A DNA stretch of 64,000 nucleotides from Botryllus schlosseri (Eukaryota). This document shows positions 1 through 28,693 of this stretch, in pieces. A program made the translations under genes and the position numbers. The stretch lies in assembly GCA_051294905.1 (NCBI GenBank), contig CM119375.1:1178001-1242000 (forward strand), in the 5' to 3' direction. The notes beneath the pieces were generated by a model. The model was not told the origin of the DNA and ran no database searches. It was given only the letters and a program-made list of their open reading frames with translations. Position 1 is the stretch's first letter, and each line of letters starts with the position of its first letter.

Positions 1-592
1 CCGTTCAATTTGTGTGCTAGTAATCTATAGCAATGCATTAGATGCATATTGTGGTAGATTTTTGCTTGTATGCGGACACAGCCAAAATTGGGGGTTCCAA
101 GAAGGCTTACAGATTGCTGTGAGTTTAATCGTTGAGAACCACTAATCTAGTAGAACGCCAGTGCATTTGATACACTTCGACCGGAAGAAGTTTGGGGTGA
201 TATTGAAGACCCCAGTTCATGCAGAATGTCGACAGCTTACAACGATAGAGTGATGAGCATCGCCAAACACATAATGGAGACATCGGGGAGAGTTTTTAGT
301 TGCGCCACGTGGTTGTTATTTCCGTGAATTCGAATTGGTAGACAGCTCGTCTCAGAAACGCCTCCATTTGTATTTGTTCGAATGTTATATAATATTCTAT
401 GAATAGATAAATTGCTAGTGCTTCATCCATATTTAGGTTATCGCTCAGCTGTCACATTCTCATAGATATCGGGACATGTTGCAATTGCAATCGGGTTCCA
501 ATGATTCGCTAATCGTATGCAATGAGACGAAATAAGACGAAACACAAAGCGATGTATACTCATTACTCAGTGAGAGGCATGTAGCTCTATAT

Positions 593-1778
593 CAGAGGTC
601 TCAAACTCAAATGTGCTCGCGGGCCAATTTTCCAGTTATGACGACGCCGCGGGCCGCAGCATCTATAGGGGGATTATATGTCTTTCCAAGTAGACTAGGC
701 CTTATTTGACGGGATGAAATTGTCCTATTCAAAGTGAGCCGACGTACCAGAATGACATTCAACACACATCGTAAAAATGCCATTTACTTTTGTAGCAATT
801 TAGACCTGGCACGAAAAAATAATCACATTTATAACTATCTGAATCGAATCGCCGTTGTGCTTGATAGATAATAATTATAATATATAGACACCATGCGAGC
901 GGACAAATGCATGATGTCATTATAAAAGCTATCTCGTTATAATTTTGCAGCCACTATCAATATTTTGAATTTAACAGATTGATAAGATATGATATCACAG
1001 AATTTAGGGTCGAGCAGTGTAGCCCAATCCAGAATTCGGGTATACCCCTAATAACTGGGCTATTAATCTCATGATTGTCCTTGGTCAACTACCTTGGAAT
1101 ATTGGGGCATGTAGATAGCAATATATATATTATTGGATGTGTCATAGTAATAAAAATGTCGGAACGCCGAACATCGTTACATCGTTGGATCGTACCACTG
1201 CGGTATATTTCTTACCTTTAAGTGGCCTTAATAACATGTGTATGTACGGACCCAAGATGTAACTAACAGATTGCCAATGTTTGCCATAACGACTTGCTTA
1301 GATAGCGGAATACCAAGCTACAACCTTCCGATCTATTACTATTCCCCATGACACGTGAATAGTTTGTTGCATTCATATGGCTGCAACCAATACGGCGTTT
1401 CACTGGAGTCATTTTCATTTTGTCATGGAGTCAGCCGGAGTCCGAGTAATTCTACGAAAGTTCGCGTCCCAGTCACAACTTACAAATTTCAGTCACAATC
1501 TAAGGGTCCAGTTTTATCATCATGAATTGGAAATGTGACGAAATAATGAATCTTCTATACTGCATGGTAGCGTTTCTAATTGATGTGATGGTGAAGTTTG
1601 ATGAATAGTTTCAGGCTTTCAGAGTAATTTGAGAGGAATCTCAACTTTTAAACCTGAAAATATATATTTGGCACTTATATATTATCAGATATTTGAAAAT
1701 CCAAATTGTCATCGCGGGCCGCACAAAATGCTGTGGCGGGCCGCATGCGGCCCGCGGGCCGCGTGTTTGAGACCTCTG
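593..1778. mobile_element. Non-autonomous hAT-type DNA transposon (1186 bp)
   Basis: TIRs CAGAGGTCTCAAAC (593) and GTTTGAGACCTCTG (ends 1778); identical 8-bp TSD CTCTATAT at 585-592 and 1779-1786; GCGGGCCGC subterminal motifs. Confidence 0.9.
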
Positions 1779-2189
1779 CTCTATATTATGTTACGAAATC
1801 ATATAACCTTATCGTTGATTGTTAATAGTAATACAACAGCGCCACAGTCATACGGGTGCGGTCAATTAGTTTATTTCACTGATTGGGAAGTCAAGGATAT
1901 CCTTCCAGACCACCGTTGGGCTTTTAATCAATGTTCATGCTTTTTCACAAAATACACTGATACTTCATCATTACTGTCACAGCGACTCAATTTTCGAAGG
2001 AATTTCGTACCGGTAGAGGTCTGGTGGAGGAGAAGCAGTGACATCAACACCTCGACGTTTCCAGTTTGACCAGGACAAATGGCCTCTTGACAACAGTATT
2101 AACAAGAATGAGCGTGATTCCTGAGTGAGCGCTTTGAGTAGCCTACTTCTCGAATAAAAGTAGCTCATGTGTGTCTCGAAGTTGTAAAG

Positions 2190-2780
2190 CATATGTCGCT
2201 GCTGAAGAGATTCGGTGTCCAAATCATAGAAGATCTGTGGAAACTAGAAATCGCCAAGGTTATGTATCAGTTCCACTGTGGTCGTTGCCCCGAATATTTC
2301 AATGAATTTTTAACCTCGGAATCAAAAGCGCACAAATACAACACATGCGCGTCCACGTCGTCCAAATATCGTATGACCGACCGAAAAGATATAATCGTTC
2401 CATTAAATATGCCGGACCTGATGAGTGGAACAGTATCCCGCCGGCCATCCGACAGTCGACGAGCATGTCCACATTCAAGTCGAAATACAAGCAATTACTA
2501 CTAAATGAATACTCCGTGCTCAAGATTACCGGACCTATCGATCTCGCTTCCCATGACATGCCACCTCATTTCTTGTCGCTTGCTTTTTTCTATACTATCT
2601 TTACTTTTCATTCAGTGTGCATGCCTCCTCTTTACATCGCCTAGGCCAAGGTGGGTGTCTGATTCCATAGACTACTCCAAGTCGCTTCGACACCTCACAT
2701 CATTTCATTGCATCGCATTTGTGGTGTATTGAACTGATAAAATTGCTAATAAACCAATGATGATGATGATGATGATGATG
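2190..2780 (+). mobile_element. 5'-truncated LINE (CR1/L2-like): ORF2 C-terminus, 3' UTR and (ATG)n tail
   Basis: Frameshifted peptides LLKRFGVQIIEDLWKLEIAKVMYQF and SIKYAGPDEWNSIPPAIRQSTSMSTFKSKYKQLLL resemble the C-terminus of CR1/L2-group ORF2. The 3' UTR (..TTTACATCGCCTAGGCCAAGGTGGGTGTCTGATT..) recurs near 26030, 28830-29410, 33960(-), 46900, 53930(-) and 58200(-). Confidence 0.7.
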
Positions 2781-4261
2781 TAGGCCAAGTCCGAGATCGC
2801 CTCGCACAAATCAGCTGACGCTTCAGTGTGTTGCTGGGATATCTTAAACGAATCGCTTTGTGCAATGTTAAAATACCGTGCACTCACAATGTGATTACTT
2901 CTGTCAATCCGATTAGTCATGCATGATTCGAATCCGTGATTCGTTATTCGTTTTGCCCATCACGTCATGTTCCGCAGCAACGCACTAAACTTCTCACATG
3001 ACCACACAATGACCGCATAGCTGTTCAGTTCAATGAACAGCGTTCATGCTCAGTTGCATATTTTTGTGATCGATATTAGTCTATTCCGTGGAATCTTTTT
3101 GGCTTTGTTCTGCACAATTTTGTTTCGACGCGACACTCCGATGTCAATGAGTGCCGATTTACCAGGCGTCGAATCCTGTCAGCTCAGCTGAATCTGCTCT
3201 TGGACTCGCTAACCTTGCGTATCAGTCTTGTATTTCAACAGAATCAAGCAACCCTAATCGAAGATTAAACAATGTGAGCTTCGGAATTGCTTTGAAAATA
3301 CTAAGATGTTAATACAAGCAAGTGAGATTCGCAATAGTGCTCGCTCGTCCGTTGCTCGATGGTATGGAGGACGAGACAACGGTAGCGAGGGCAATTTGTA
3401 CAAGCGAAAAAAGACAATTTAAAACAGTAATCAAACAATCAAATCACTAAAATCGTACAAATACAATTAGCACAAACAACATATACAAATACGGACAGTT
3501 GAAAGACGAACTGATTCCTCTAAAAACGTTATCAAATAAAGGATAGAAAAATCATGCGCAATCGCAAACAACTTCCAAATGACGAGTGTCGAGTCTTATC
3601 GTCCATCGGTTCTGTTGCATAATATGTTTGCGTTTGGAATTTCATGATCCGTGATCAGGTCCGGAGGTCGTTATCAAGACTTATGCAACACCAATTGGTA
3701 TAAAAAATATGGCGTTTTCTCAACACGCCGTGGATATAATGCCAGGACTTTCACAACGAATCTACATTAGTGCATCGACTATAGAGTAAGTAGCCTATAC
3801 ATGTTATTTATATTATATTGCGAAGCAGCTCGCGATCAACCGCGCGGGATAATGATTCTGAAAGCCCACGTGGAATGCGCTTAAGAATCATTTCGGGCAG
3901 AGGTTCTTAACCTTTTGGTAGTACGTAAACCTGATTTTTTTTTGGGTGGCTGCATATAACCCCTAACCGCAAAATTTCGGTAGCAGATGACTAAAAAAAT
4001 ATGCTTGGCAATTGAGGCCTTCGGTGAGCACTGTAAATAAGACAAAACAAGAACACGAGTCAAACATAAGGAAATATGTTATAAATAAAGACATGCTAGT
4101 TTCACAATTGTAGTTTCAACATAGGCCTTTGATGGACCCTGAAAATTAGTACGCAGATCCCCAAGGGTTCCTGATTTTGAGATATCACGGAACAAAGATC
4201 CCGGGACATCAACTTGAATTGGGTTTAACCTAACTTGTGAAACATTTTAGAACACTTCACG

Positions 4262-18671
<14,410 letters not shown>

Positions 18672-19618
18672 ACTGAATTTAATCGTGTATTCTATATTTG
18701 GGATATAATTTTATAAAATCTTGTGACTGCCATGGGATTTTGCAATGCAAAGGATGAATTGCGTTTCATGGTGTGCCCTACATCTCGAATATAATTTTGT
18801 AGACCTTTTTGATTAAAGTGGGATTTTGGAATCAATTTGTGAAATACAGAGGCTTCGCTAAATAGGTATCGCTGTTGTGGTTTGGATATTGTCAATTGAT
18901 CCGAATAGTAAGGCCTGTGAGATGAAAAGCGAAGCCACAGCGAAAGTTTTATTCTCACTGAATATTCGCTGTAGCTCGAAGAAGTTCGATTCGAAGAAGT
19001 TCTTCGAGACATAGCAGCTAATCGTGATGTGGACATAGCCGTACTGGGCAATGCCATGATTGGATTCATGGCCATAATCCCGCGTGCTTATTTATCATTT
19101 TATCAACTATTGAAGAAGTTGAACCGCTCTGAATATGCTTGCCTGCGTGCCTCATCTTCAATATTGTGCAGCTATTTTCCACATTCCCAGAAAGACGCTC
19201 GGGACACCTGAGACTATGTGGCGACACAGTAGTGTGCCGCGGCATGCAGTTTGGGAATCACTGCCATAATAGGTAGTACTGAATTCCGAATATTTTGTTC
19301 CGTGTTAGATAGTAGAAGTTGTCCGGATGAAGAAATCCTTGCGAAAGTGAGATGTCATCTATATTGTGGCTTGTGTAGCAGTAAACACACAGTACCGGGT
19401 ATATTTTTCAGTGCTGCATTTAAAGGAGGTTTTTCAGAATCAGTTATAAACATAGCAACGATATCCCTTTAAAAACGTCAACATTTTGATTACATGAAAT
19501 AAAAGAAATGCATTAAATGACCGACTATATGTAGACATTTGATTGCGAATTGCAGCCCGTAGCATAATCAGTCGATTCAGTCCAGTAATGCGTTGCATCG
19601 GCGTACGCCAGTCGCAAT

Positions 19619-22600
19619 CTAGTCGCTCTTCGGTTTTAACGATGTCAGCGCGACGGTCCACAGGAAGCCGCAAAAGTTGCCAAAGAGCACCCTCATCTGA
19701 ACCCCAATTTATTACGACTGTATCACTCTCAACTCGTAAATATTGAGATAACTTGTTTGATTATTGGCAAACGTACGTACACGGCTGTAGGATAGGGTTG
19801 TTAAGATATAACTTATGTTTTCCGGATTCCGGGGATTCACTGATTATATTGTTAGGTTGCCTAAAAAACGCTGCACACCAAATTTGTCTTGATTCCCACT
19901 AGTCAAAGTCGAAAAAGATCCAATTGAAATTTTCGAATTTATTATAAAAAATAATTCAAATTTTACTGTCAACCCCATAAAATTGTTAAGTTGCCTAAAA
20001 GAGCTACGCATACCAATTTTTGCTCAATTCCAACTCGTAGAAGCGAAGTTGTTGCAGTTGAAAGTTTTAAATTTGCAAAAATAGCATTGACGATGAGAAA
20101 ATCCTGAATTATTAATGAAAAACTAAAATAACTTCCGATTCTACGGGTTGGAATTGCGTCGAATTTGTTTAGCATCATTTTTGTAGACAACTCGACAATT
20201 TCATGAGGTTTACAGTAAAATTTGGAAAAATAATTTTCACTTTTTTATAATAAATTTCAATAGTCTCTGCGGCGGCTTCTACTGGTAGGAATTGAGCCAA
20301 ATTTGGTGAGCAGCGTTTTTTTAGGCAACCCAACAATTTAATCTGTGAATCCCCGGGATCCGGAAGAAACGTTATTTTTGAACAACCGTACTGTAGGATG
20401 ATCTCACCTGAGGCGGTATGAAGTTCAGATTGATTATTTGAGCAACAGTATAGTACTTCCAATTCATTGTGAGAGTGAGCCAGTAGACCGCTTTCAGCCT
20501 CGTAATTACCGCGTCTGACGTTCCTTGCTGAAAATGTTACTTCGTATCAGAGTCGGGAAATCGAATACCTCTCATGTCATAAATATAGTAAGAGCGAATT
20601 GCTAAGTTCAAATATGTATGTGTCTTTCATACGATGGTTGAGGAAATAATAACAACTACAATCATGACCAATTGACATGCACTATGTGAAATGCTACGGG
20701 TTGATTACTATTTGAAAATCTGGTCTGTATGTGAACACTAGGGCTTTTGAAAAATGACTTTTTTTCTCAAATCGTACTGGCTACTTGATAAAATCGTTAG
20801 GTTACTTAATTTAAGCCTACACACCAAATTTGGTTCAATTCCGAACAGTGGAATCGGAGTTATTGCCGTCGAAAAATTTGGATTCGAATAAACTAGTATT
20901 TACGGTGGGCACCACTATAATAAGTAATTAAAGAATTGGTCACCGCAAATACTATTTTCTTCATAATCCAAATTTTTCGACGGTAATAACTCCGCTGCCA
21001 CAGGTTGAAATTGAACCAAATTTGGTGAACATCGTTTTTATAGACAACCTAACACTTTCATTGGGTGAACAGAAAATTTTCAAATTTTTTGTTATTTATT
21101 TTTATGTAATAAATAGAAACTTTCTTCCCCTGCAGCAATGCGGCTACTGGTAGGAATTGAAGGCTTCAATAGTGGAAAGATAGGGTCCAAAACTAGAATT
21201 CCAGCCTGTCAATAGCTTCTTGTTGAGATAGGTGCATAATACCGGAACTCGACTAATCACTACTAATCGCTACTACTAATCATACATTGAAATACATACA
21301 TTAAAGACACCTGCGTTAACAGGTCCGCTGAAATATTTGATCGAGACCACGAAAACGGGGTTTGTGAATTCTGAACCAGGTGCTGTTATTGTGTACCGTA
21401 TTTAGAGTGTAGTCACGATGGTTAGGGTGAGGGTTAGGGTTAAAATCCTAACGACCTCAAACTGACCTCCATTGCCGCCATTACCGAATGGAACACGAGA
21501 CTGTAGAAGGGGGTCAAAATGAGCCTCTCTATCAGCAGCCGTTTAATGACGGCGTCGCCACTTTTGCCGGGCACGGCTCTCGCCAGAAAATTGTAGAAGT
21601 AATGCAGCAACGGGCCGCTGAAGAAAAATCCGAACGATGCGAACCTGTAGCGAAATCAGAACATTGTCATTACAAATCAATTTTTTGGTTTTGGTTTCGT
21701 CTGAAAGCTGGGAATTATTTACCACTCAGATTCCCAGTATGCGGTGTTTTATCAGGTACGATACGATTCGGTACAATATAATTTCAGAGGAGGTCAAAAT
21801 AGTCATTGTCGGTACGCAAATTGGAGGAGAAATAATGTCGGAAATGCCTATATACTCAATCACAAGTAGAAGCAGCGATTTCGAAGTAAGTAATAAGCAT
21901 GCTAGGCCTATCGTTTTGCCAAAAAATCTGCAGAGTTTTAATTAATTCTTTTCTTTCGCGGACAGGTCTTTCAAAACATAAATGTTCACGTTCAGCATTG
22001 AAAATTGATCCTAGCTCATACACTATGAATCACTAAAGTGTGCCCGGTGAACCGAAAACACACATGTTTCGATTAAAGAGATTAACTTAATTAATACACC
22101 ATTTTTTTAATCAATTGCAGATGAAAAAGTACCGGTCCAGACCACCTGTTGGCGATTTTGCCAACCACTGCCATAGCGCGTTACAAGGAGCTGATGAAGG
22201 CAACTTCTACTTTGAACAAACTATAAACAACATTTGCGTATATTTGATATTTGAAGAAGTTTTTTTACCTCAATGCCGGAGTAAGTGCTATTTCGTTCGT
22301 CAGCCCTCTGTGCTTATCGATAGCTTGTCCCGTAACATTGGCTAGAAAGGCAACGATTCCACTGAAATGGTAAGTATATACTGTATGAATGTCGTAATTC
22401 AACTATGAAGGAATAGAATACGCAAATTATTCACTAGTCAAAGTCACCAATACGAGTCGGCGAGAGATGTCATTCACTCCATTTTGCGAACGAATCAATT
22501 TTCTATATGTATGGTATCTTAAGCTCCACTTCCGAACGATATGATACGATCAATAGCGGGTCCGCATGTGCTGTCAACTAGCAAGTTGGAGATCTCATGC

Positions 22601-23543
22601 ACGCAAATACGCGACGTAATTAATTCACCAATACGCGCGCCGGGCAATCAATTTCAATCAATCCATTCCACGAACAAATGAATACACAATACACATCCAC
22701 GGCGATGGCGCAATATTTTCACAAATGAAATTTTCAAGAAATATTTTCGTAAAAGTCTGTTCAGTCATGACACCTATTTTAGATGAGTCATACCTTCCTC
22801 ATCTTTTGATATCTCGAGCCTGCAATACATCTTCTAATCGGTATGTTTGAGTATTAGCGCAAATCAATTACACCCATTAAAGCCTGTTCGCAGCAAGTTA
22901 TGTATATTTGAATTAGCTCGCATGTAGTCAATCTTGAGCCAGTATGACATCAAATCACAGAAGACGAGATAGTTGAGGCCAGCGCGCCCGCACATCATAT
23001 TAGTACACATCAGGAAACGTCAATCAATCCATTTCGCATGCAAACGAATAACATTCTCTGCTGGAGATGGCGGGCCGGTGAACACAAACGATTCTAGCCA
23101 AACTGTTAATACTAATTGCAGATTTGCAAATGAGCCAAGGAATATTTGAGAGGAATCGGCATTTCTAAAACCGGACTTCGAGTTTGAAATGGAAGGGGTT
23201 TACACCCCTCAAACCCACATCTGGCTACGCCGCTGCTACACCTCCCGATGAGTGGGTGCATGAATCCGCATTCAGGTAGGCCTATATTTAACGACAATGT
23301 CTGTTTTAAACCGGCTTCACTCAATGCTTGTTCTCGTACTTATCATTTCCTTTCACAGGAAGGCAAGGCTACCAATTTCATAAAGCTATTTCACGGTTAA
23401 CCACAAACTACCATCGCGGTGCTGATACCATCACGGTACCTTGTCATAGATTTGGTGAAAATTGGCCGCTTTTCCAGAGCCCGCATGTATCTTCTCTGCA
23501 ATTCTGCGGCCATACTTTTGTCCGATCTTCTCCCATCGTCCAT
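19619..23543 (-). CDS. PXMP2: Peroxisomal membrane protein 2 (Mpv17/PMP22 family), 190 aa, 5 coding exons
   Basis: Exons (-): 23543-23440, 22361-22269, 21644-21467, 20527-20408, 19696-19619 (573 nt, GT-AG, phases 2,2,0,0). Translation includes YMRALEKRPIFTKSMTSGIVAFLANVTGQAI, FASFGFFFSGPLLHYFYNFL, KRLLIERLILTP, MNWKYYTVAQIINLNFIPPQMRVLFGNFCGFLWT, colinear with vertebrate PXMP2 as I recall it. Confidence 0.9.
19793..20390. mobile_element. Long-TIR hAT-like/foldback MITE (598 bp) in the last intron of PXMP2
   Basis: Diverged inverted arms of ~250 bp (TTCCGGATTCCGGGGATTCAC versus GTGAATCCCCGGGATCCGGAA); TSD CTGTAGGA at 19785-19792 and 20391-20398. The same ACCAAATTTGGCTCAATTCC subrepeat recurs at ~20800-21080, 24890-25100 and 61850-62130. 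Confidence 0.75.
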
Positions 23544-23989
23544 TTTTTATACGCGCAGAGACGAGTAAAGTGTAATTTCGAAGGCCTGCACCTATGCAAC
23601 AACGCCGTATATAAGTAAGACCTTACCAATCTAACTGAACACAACAATTTCATTATAGCTGACTGCTGTTTGGGATCAATGCTCAATTGCTCATTCAGCT
23701 CAGAGATTATAGTTACATGAATTTCCTCGAGTCGGCTGCGACAAAGCGTCTTAATCTAAATACCAGCGGTGACATGATACTTCTCGGTCAGCAAATACAT
23801 TGCAGCATTAAACTTGTGGAGCATTTGTTTGCACTTTAGGTAGGCAAACGTTGCTTGGAACATATTGAGCGTCTGATCATGATTGCCCACTAGGGGAAGG
23901 CTCTGAGGTACCGAAATAGTGCCAAATGATCGTTACTATTTCAATATCCCCACATAGAAATGGGAAGGAGCTACAACGGTCCGACTTAC

Positions 23990-24373
23990 CTTATAAATTA
24001 GGCCACAGAAAAAGGTCGACGTTGTAAAAGCGCATTGCTGCATTTGTAACGGCCCGGTATTCGGATTGGAAATGCCTGTTGTATTTTGAATCAACCAATT
24101 AATATTGGTGTTAAAATTGGCATAGATAGCTCGTTATTGATAGTTAGATTTATATAAATTGTACATCATGATAGATCACTTACCTACCGTAGGGTAGGAA
24201 TCTAAAATATCATTGTTATAGTCAGTGGTCGGTGTGTTGGCTCTGGTGATCCAGCAGATACCGTGTAACGTAACACCTTAGCAATCGTATGCTTGAAACT
24301 TCGTGCTTTTTGACCAGTGTTGTGACTGGTGGATGAGACTTCAGTCTGCCTTGATAATAAGAAGCAAGTGGCA
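23990..24373. promoter_or_regulatory. Probable bidirectional promoter region shared by PXMP2 and SF3A2
   Basis: Divergent ATGs at 23543(-) and 24374(+). A strong minus-strand donor AAG|GTAAGT at 23990 suggests a non-coding first exon of PXMP2. TSS positions are inferred only. Confidence 0.5.
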
Positions 24374-27300
24374 ATGGATTTTCAGCATAGAGCAGGGGGA
24401 AAAACGGGTGGAGGAGGCGTTGCCTCTTTCTCGGAAGCCAACAGAGACCGACGTGAAAGATTGAGGCAGTTGGCGTTGGAAACTATTGATCTCAATAAAG
24501 TAAGCTTTTTGTCGACATTGCAAATGAGACACAGTCCATACCGTAGTTTACATACTGGTAGCAATTTTCCATTTATGCGAATCGATCGAATTAATTTACA
24601 TGCATATAGCTAGAGAAAACAGATTCTTATTCAACTGTATTTTAACTGTTTTTACTTTTTGCAGGATCCATATTTTATGAAAAATCACCTTGGTTCATAT
24701 GAATGCAAGCTCTGTCTGACTCTTCACAATAATGAGGTAAGAATTTACCTCATCCTTGATAACGTTCTATTATTCAGATACTTATTAAACTCCCTACTTA
24801 CTACAGTACAATATTGTGACGTTTTGGAAATTTCTGATATTTTTTTAGCTCTAATGGCCGATACCAGTATTTCTTTCCAAGTCTGATTGTTAGGTTGGTT
24901 AAAAATTGCTGCACACCAAATTTACCTCAATTCCAACCTGTAGAAGCGAAGCTATTAATGTTAAAAATTATAAATTCATTCAAAAAATTCTGTATTTCGA
25001 TTTCAAATTTTGCTGGCCACTCGATGACATTGTCAAGTTGTCTTGAAAATGATGCGTAACAAATTCAAATCAATTCCAGCCGGTAGAAGCACAGTTATTG
25101 TAGTGAATCCAAATTGACATTGAATCCACTTTATGACATTCTGCATTCCGGCACGCTTCGATTTCAGGGAAGTTATCTCGCTCACACGCAAGGTAAGAAG
25201 CATCAAGCTAATCTCGCTAAGCGAGCGGCTCGCGATGCAAAGGAAGCCCCCGCTCAGCCGGCACCCATGAAACCAATGGTTGAGGTGAAAAAATTTGTCA
25301 AGATCGGAAGGCCTGGCTATAAGGGTATGTGCGTATATCTAGTTTCCACTTTATTGATAGGGCTTGACAGAATCGGTGCCTTAGTGATTTAATTTTGAAT
25401 CGAATATTAGAGTATTACTCGTTATGACGTCAAACAGTATATATTAAGGGGGAAGTGAAAATATGTACCTTCTATGCTACTATAAACAATAGAATGCCGG
25501 CTCTACATCACAAAGATAATTCGGTAATATTTTGAACTTTCCCATTTCAATGCACTTTGTGACAATGCTGTTGGTTGATCGCGACTTCACAGAAATCTCA
25601 TTTCCACTAACATGAGTAGCTTTGTACGAAAATTTTCTGTGGATGAGTTAACTCTTAGCGGCACTGAGCGTGTATAATTAACATACTGGAAAAAATCATC
25701 TCTCTCCTCGACTGGAGTCATTAGAATTAATACTTGATTCATATTTGAGTACTCTAATCACGGTGCCCAGCACTATTCCTTGATAGATCATTGATGGATT
25801 ATTTTTACGCAGTTACCAAACAAAGGGTCCCTGAGACTGGACAACAAAGTCTTCTTTTCCAAGTGGATTATCCCGAAATAGTGGATGCAATCATACCGAA
25901 ACACAGGTTAGATTTTCGATAATTTTACTTTGATACTAGTTAGATAGCCTTCTAGTTTACTGGACCACGACCTGACACCTTTTTTGTCACCTGTCATTTT
26001 ATGTTAACTTCTTATACTTTCCATTCAGTGTGCAACTGTGCATACATCCTTTTTTACATCGCCTAGGCCAGATGGGTGTCTGATTTCGAAGGCTACTTCA
26101 AGTCGTTTTGACACTTCCTATCTTTCATTGTATCGCAGTCTTGTGGTGCGTTGAAATGATCAAATTTTTAGCAATAAATTGAATTGAATTGACATACAAG
26201 GAAGCTACTCTGGGAGCAGGTCTGTAGAAACAACTGGATTTTCAAAATGACCAACCGGAGCTTGGATTAGAACTAACAACGTTTAAAAACTAAAACTGAC
26301 TGACTATATGGTAACCCTGTCCCTAACTTAGTTGAACGTCATCGAAATAGATTGTTAGTTTTTGCAAGTCTGTCTTGGTTTATATAGATCTGCGCAACAA
26401 AGCATATTCATAATGGTGATACAACAGTTGATTGGCAAAGATGTTTTGAAATCTCTACTAGTTTCTGACGAGTACCACTGACGTGTGTTGGCCAAAATTT
26501 TTGGCGCTTATTTGAATATGAATATATTTATTTCAGATTCATGTCTGCATACGAACAGAGAGTGGAGCCTCCAGACAGGAAGTGGCAGTACCTTCTTTTC
26601 GCTGCAGAGCCGTACGAAACAATATCATTCAAGGTGAACATTCACTCATTTCGTACATTTCATTAATTCCTAACTAGTCAGTACAGAAGTATCTCTACTT
26701 TGTCGCATTTCTCAAGTATGTTTTGTCTGTGATGGTCATGTTTTTATACTGATTCACATCCACTGTATAATTTTTTCACCCATAGCAGTAAGATTATACT
26801 TAATGTTCACTGCGAATCAGCGTTACTCTTGCTGCGAACCCCAGGATTTTTGTGATCCTGGTAAAAACCACTGATGTAATACGAAAACATATTGCAGGTG
26901 CCGAGTAAAGAAATTGACAAAGGAGAGAGCAAATTTTGGACTCATTGGAATCGAGACACAAAACAGGTTGGTTTTTTGTGGAAATTTCTGATGCTCGAAC
27001 GGAGCATTGCTAGGCATCAGCGGGTTAGATCTAATTTTTTGAAATCATTTTTTTTTGCTCACTTGCTTCTAACCAACTTGGCAGTTTTCATAGCAAAGTA
27101 CATGAACTTGGTTAATTCCCATAACTAGCATTTTCTGCACAAATTCATACATTTCTTCAACTTTTGTCCCTCTTTTTAGTTTTTCTTACAATTCCACTAC
27201 AAGCTCGAAAGGCCAGGAGACGATCGGGACGACGAGATGCACATCGGTCCACCTCCCATCCTCAATTCGGACCTACCACCCGGTGTTGGACCGCCCGGAA

Positions 27301-27434
27301 CTGCCCCGCCTTTTCAGATGATGCAGCAGGGCATCCCTCCCGGTATGGGTGGATGGGGGCCCCCGCCTATGGGCGGAAATAATCCGCCTCCTCCACCGAT
27401 GGGCCCTCCTGATGGGGACATGCCTGAACATTGA
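24374..27434 (+). CDS. SF3A2: Splicing factor 3A subunit 2 (SF3a66/SAP62), 289 aa, 7 exons
   Basis: Exons 24374-24499, 24665-24736, 25168-25324, 25813-25906, 26537-26633, 26898-26966, 27180-27434 (870 nt). MDFQHRAGGKTGGGG, zinc finger YECKLCLTLHNNEGSYLAHTQGKKH, FMSAYEQRVEPPDRKWQYLLFAAEPYETISFK, Pro/Gly-rich tail. Confidence 0.97.
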
Positions 27435-28060
27435 AGTCTGATTATCGACTAACGTGGTAATGTCTGAAGTTTGGTGTCAGATGGTTGGGAAGATGCACTG
27501 ATGAGGTTTTATATTTGGGCGCCAATCTGTTTGTCAGTACGATTGTTGATGTGTTCATTATCGCATGTCAATAAAGTCGAGAATCGCCTGTTTGCTTCGG
27601 ACTTCCATATACTGCTGACATATAGCTGCCAGACTTGTACAAACTACTGAAGTGTCAGAAATGACCTACTCGCTACACGGGGGTTATGGTTACCAGTAAG
27701 CGTCGATTGTTTTCTCGCGTGCAGTTCATGAAAATTCTGTTATGAACTCCGGGTAACGAATAATGGTGTCACAAACGCATCTAGTACGAGTGGCGTGGTG
27801 CGAAATAAACTTTCGCCTAATTTTTAGGGCTACTGGTACATATTATGAAGTCTTACGTTGAAGTTAACGGCGGTCGTCGTAACAGACGTCCCACAGATAT
27901 TGGGTGTACTCGAATCAGCACGTGACATCTGGCATATCACACCGTAAACCAAATTTTATTGGAGGGGCATTTTGTAGGTTCTAGGTTGTGCGGGGAATGA
28001 AGACGCGGAACGAATCGAAAATAGGAAACGAAGAAATAATATATATTCATATTGAAATGA

Positions 28061-28093
28061 ACCCGAATATTTTCGGCTGACACTCGTCAGGGT
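28061..28093 (-). ncRNA. Minimal hammerhead-ribozyme-like motif, copy 1 (degenerate)
   Basis: Minus strand: acc CTGACGA gtgtcagcc GAAA atat TC gggt. Core intact, palindromic helix III, weak helix II. Confidence 0.5.
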
Positions 28094-28322
28094 AATCGCC
28101 AGCAACTAAAAGAGAAAATACAATGTTCTTGTATATGGAAGTTCTATACCTAAGGTGTAAATGACCATCGTAGTCGAAACACCATGTATGCCCAACAACG
28201 TCTGCAAGAAAACACGTCGCTCTATCAAACGACCGAAGAAAACTGCGGATCCGTATTCCGTCGGTTACGCGACAGTAGTAGAGCATATTGTCCATATTGA
28301 CCACATTCGAGTCGAAATACAG

Positions 28323-28693
28323 TAGGCTTACCATACGACCTCTTTTAAGAGGATTTGTCCTCTTTTTTGACTTTTTTGAAAGTGTCCTCGGAGGACGCCC
28401 TTTTGTCCTCTTTTTTGAGATTTTGTCCTCTTTTTTGAAAATTTAGGTCAGATTTAGAGCAAATTGCGAGTGATATGCCGCAAATTAGCACAGAAGTGAC
28501 GCTCCGGCGGGTATTTCGGAGTGAAAACGGTGATTTTAGCTCTGAGCGAAAAGATGACCTTTTTTTTATTTTAGTCAACCGATCGCAAAGTGGGAAAAAT
28601 TCACCGGTTTTTGAGAATTCTACTCCGGTTTTGCAAGTTGCAAATTTCTGAAAAAGTGTCCTCTTTTTAGATTTCCAAAATATGGTAAGCCTA
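28323..28693. mobile_element. hAT/Tip100-like MITE (371 bp)
   Basis: Perfect TIR TAGGCTTACCATA / TATGGTAAGCCTA; TSD AAATACAG at 28315-28322 and 28694-28701. Confidence 0.9.

Noticed and set aside
155-330. ~57-codon open frame near the window start
   Set aside because: No recognisable homology or convincing splice context; it might be a terminal exon of an upstream gene but this is unsupported.
1629-2069. 146-aa ORF
   Set aside because: It spans a MITE end and unrelated flank, has no recognisable motif and no splice support.
21140-21380. Protein-like minus-strand peptides (TYLNKKLLTGWNSSFGPY; EFTNPVFVVSIKYFSGP) in PXMP2 intron 3
   Set aside because: PXMP2 is complete and colinear without them, the frames close quickly, and the region looks like repeat sequence.
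21420-21442. TTAGGG-like hexamers
   Set aside because: Only about three imperfect units inside an intron; similar CCTAAC tracts occur in dispersed repeats, so this is not a telomere remnant.
22292-22306. Other CTGAYGA hits (22292-22306 minus strand, 26465, 27497, 40073)
   Set aside because: They lack helix II, GAAA or helix I complementarity, so they are not hammerheads.
27180-27434. SF3A2 has a short Pro-rich tail without the vertebrate heptad repeats
   Set aside because: Short tails are normal for non-vertebrate orthologues, so this is not novel.
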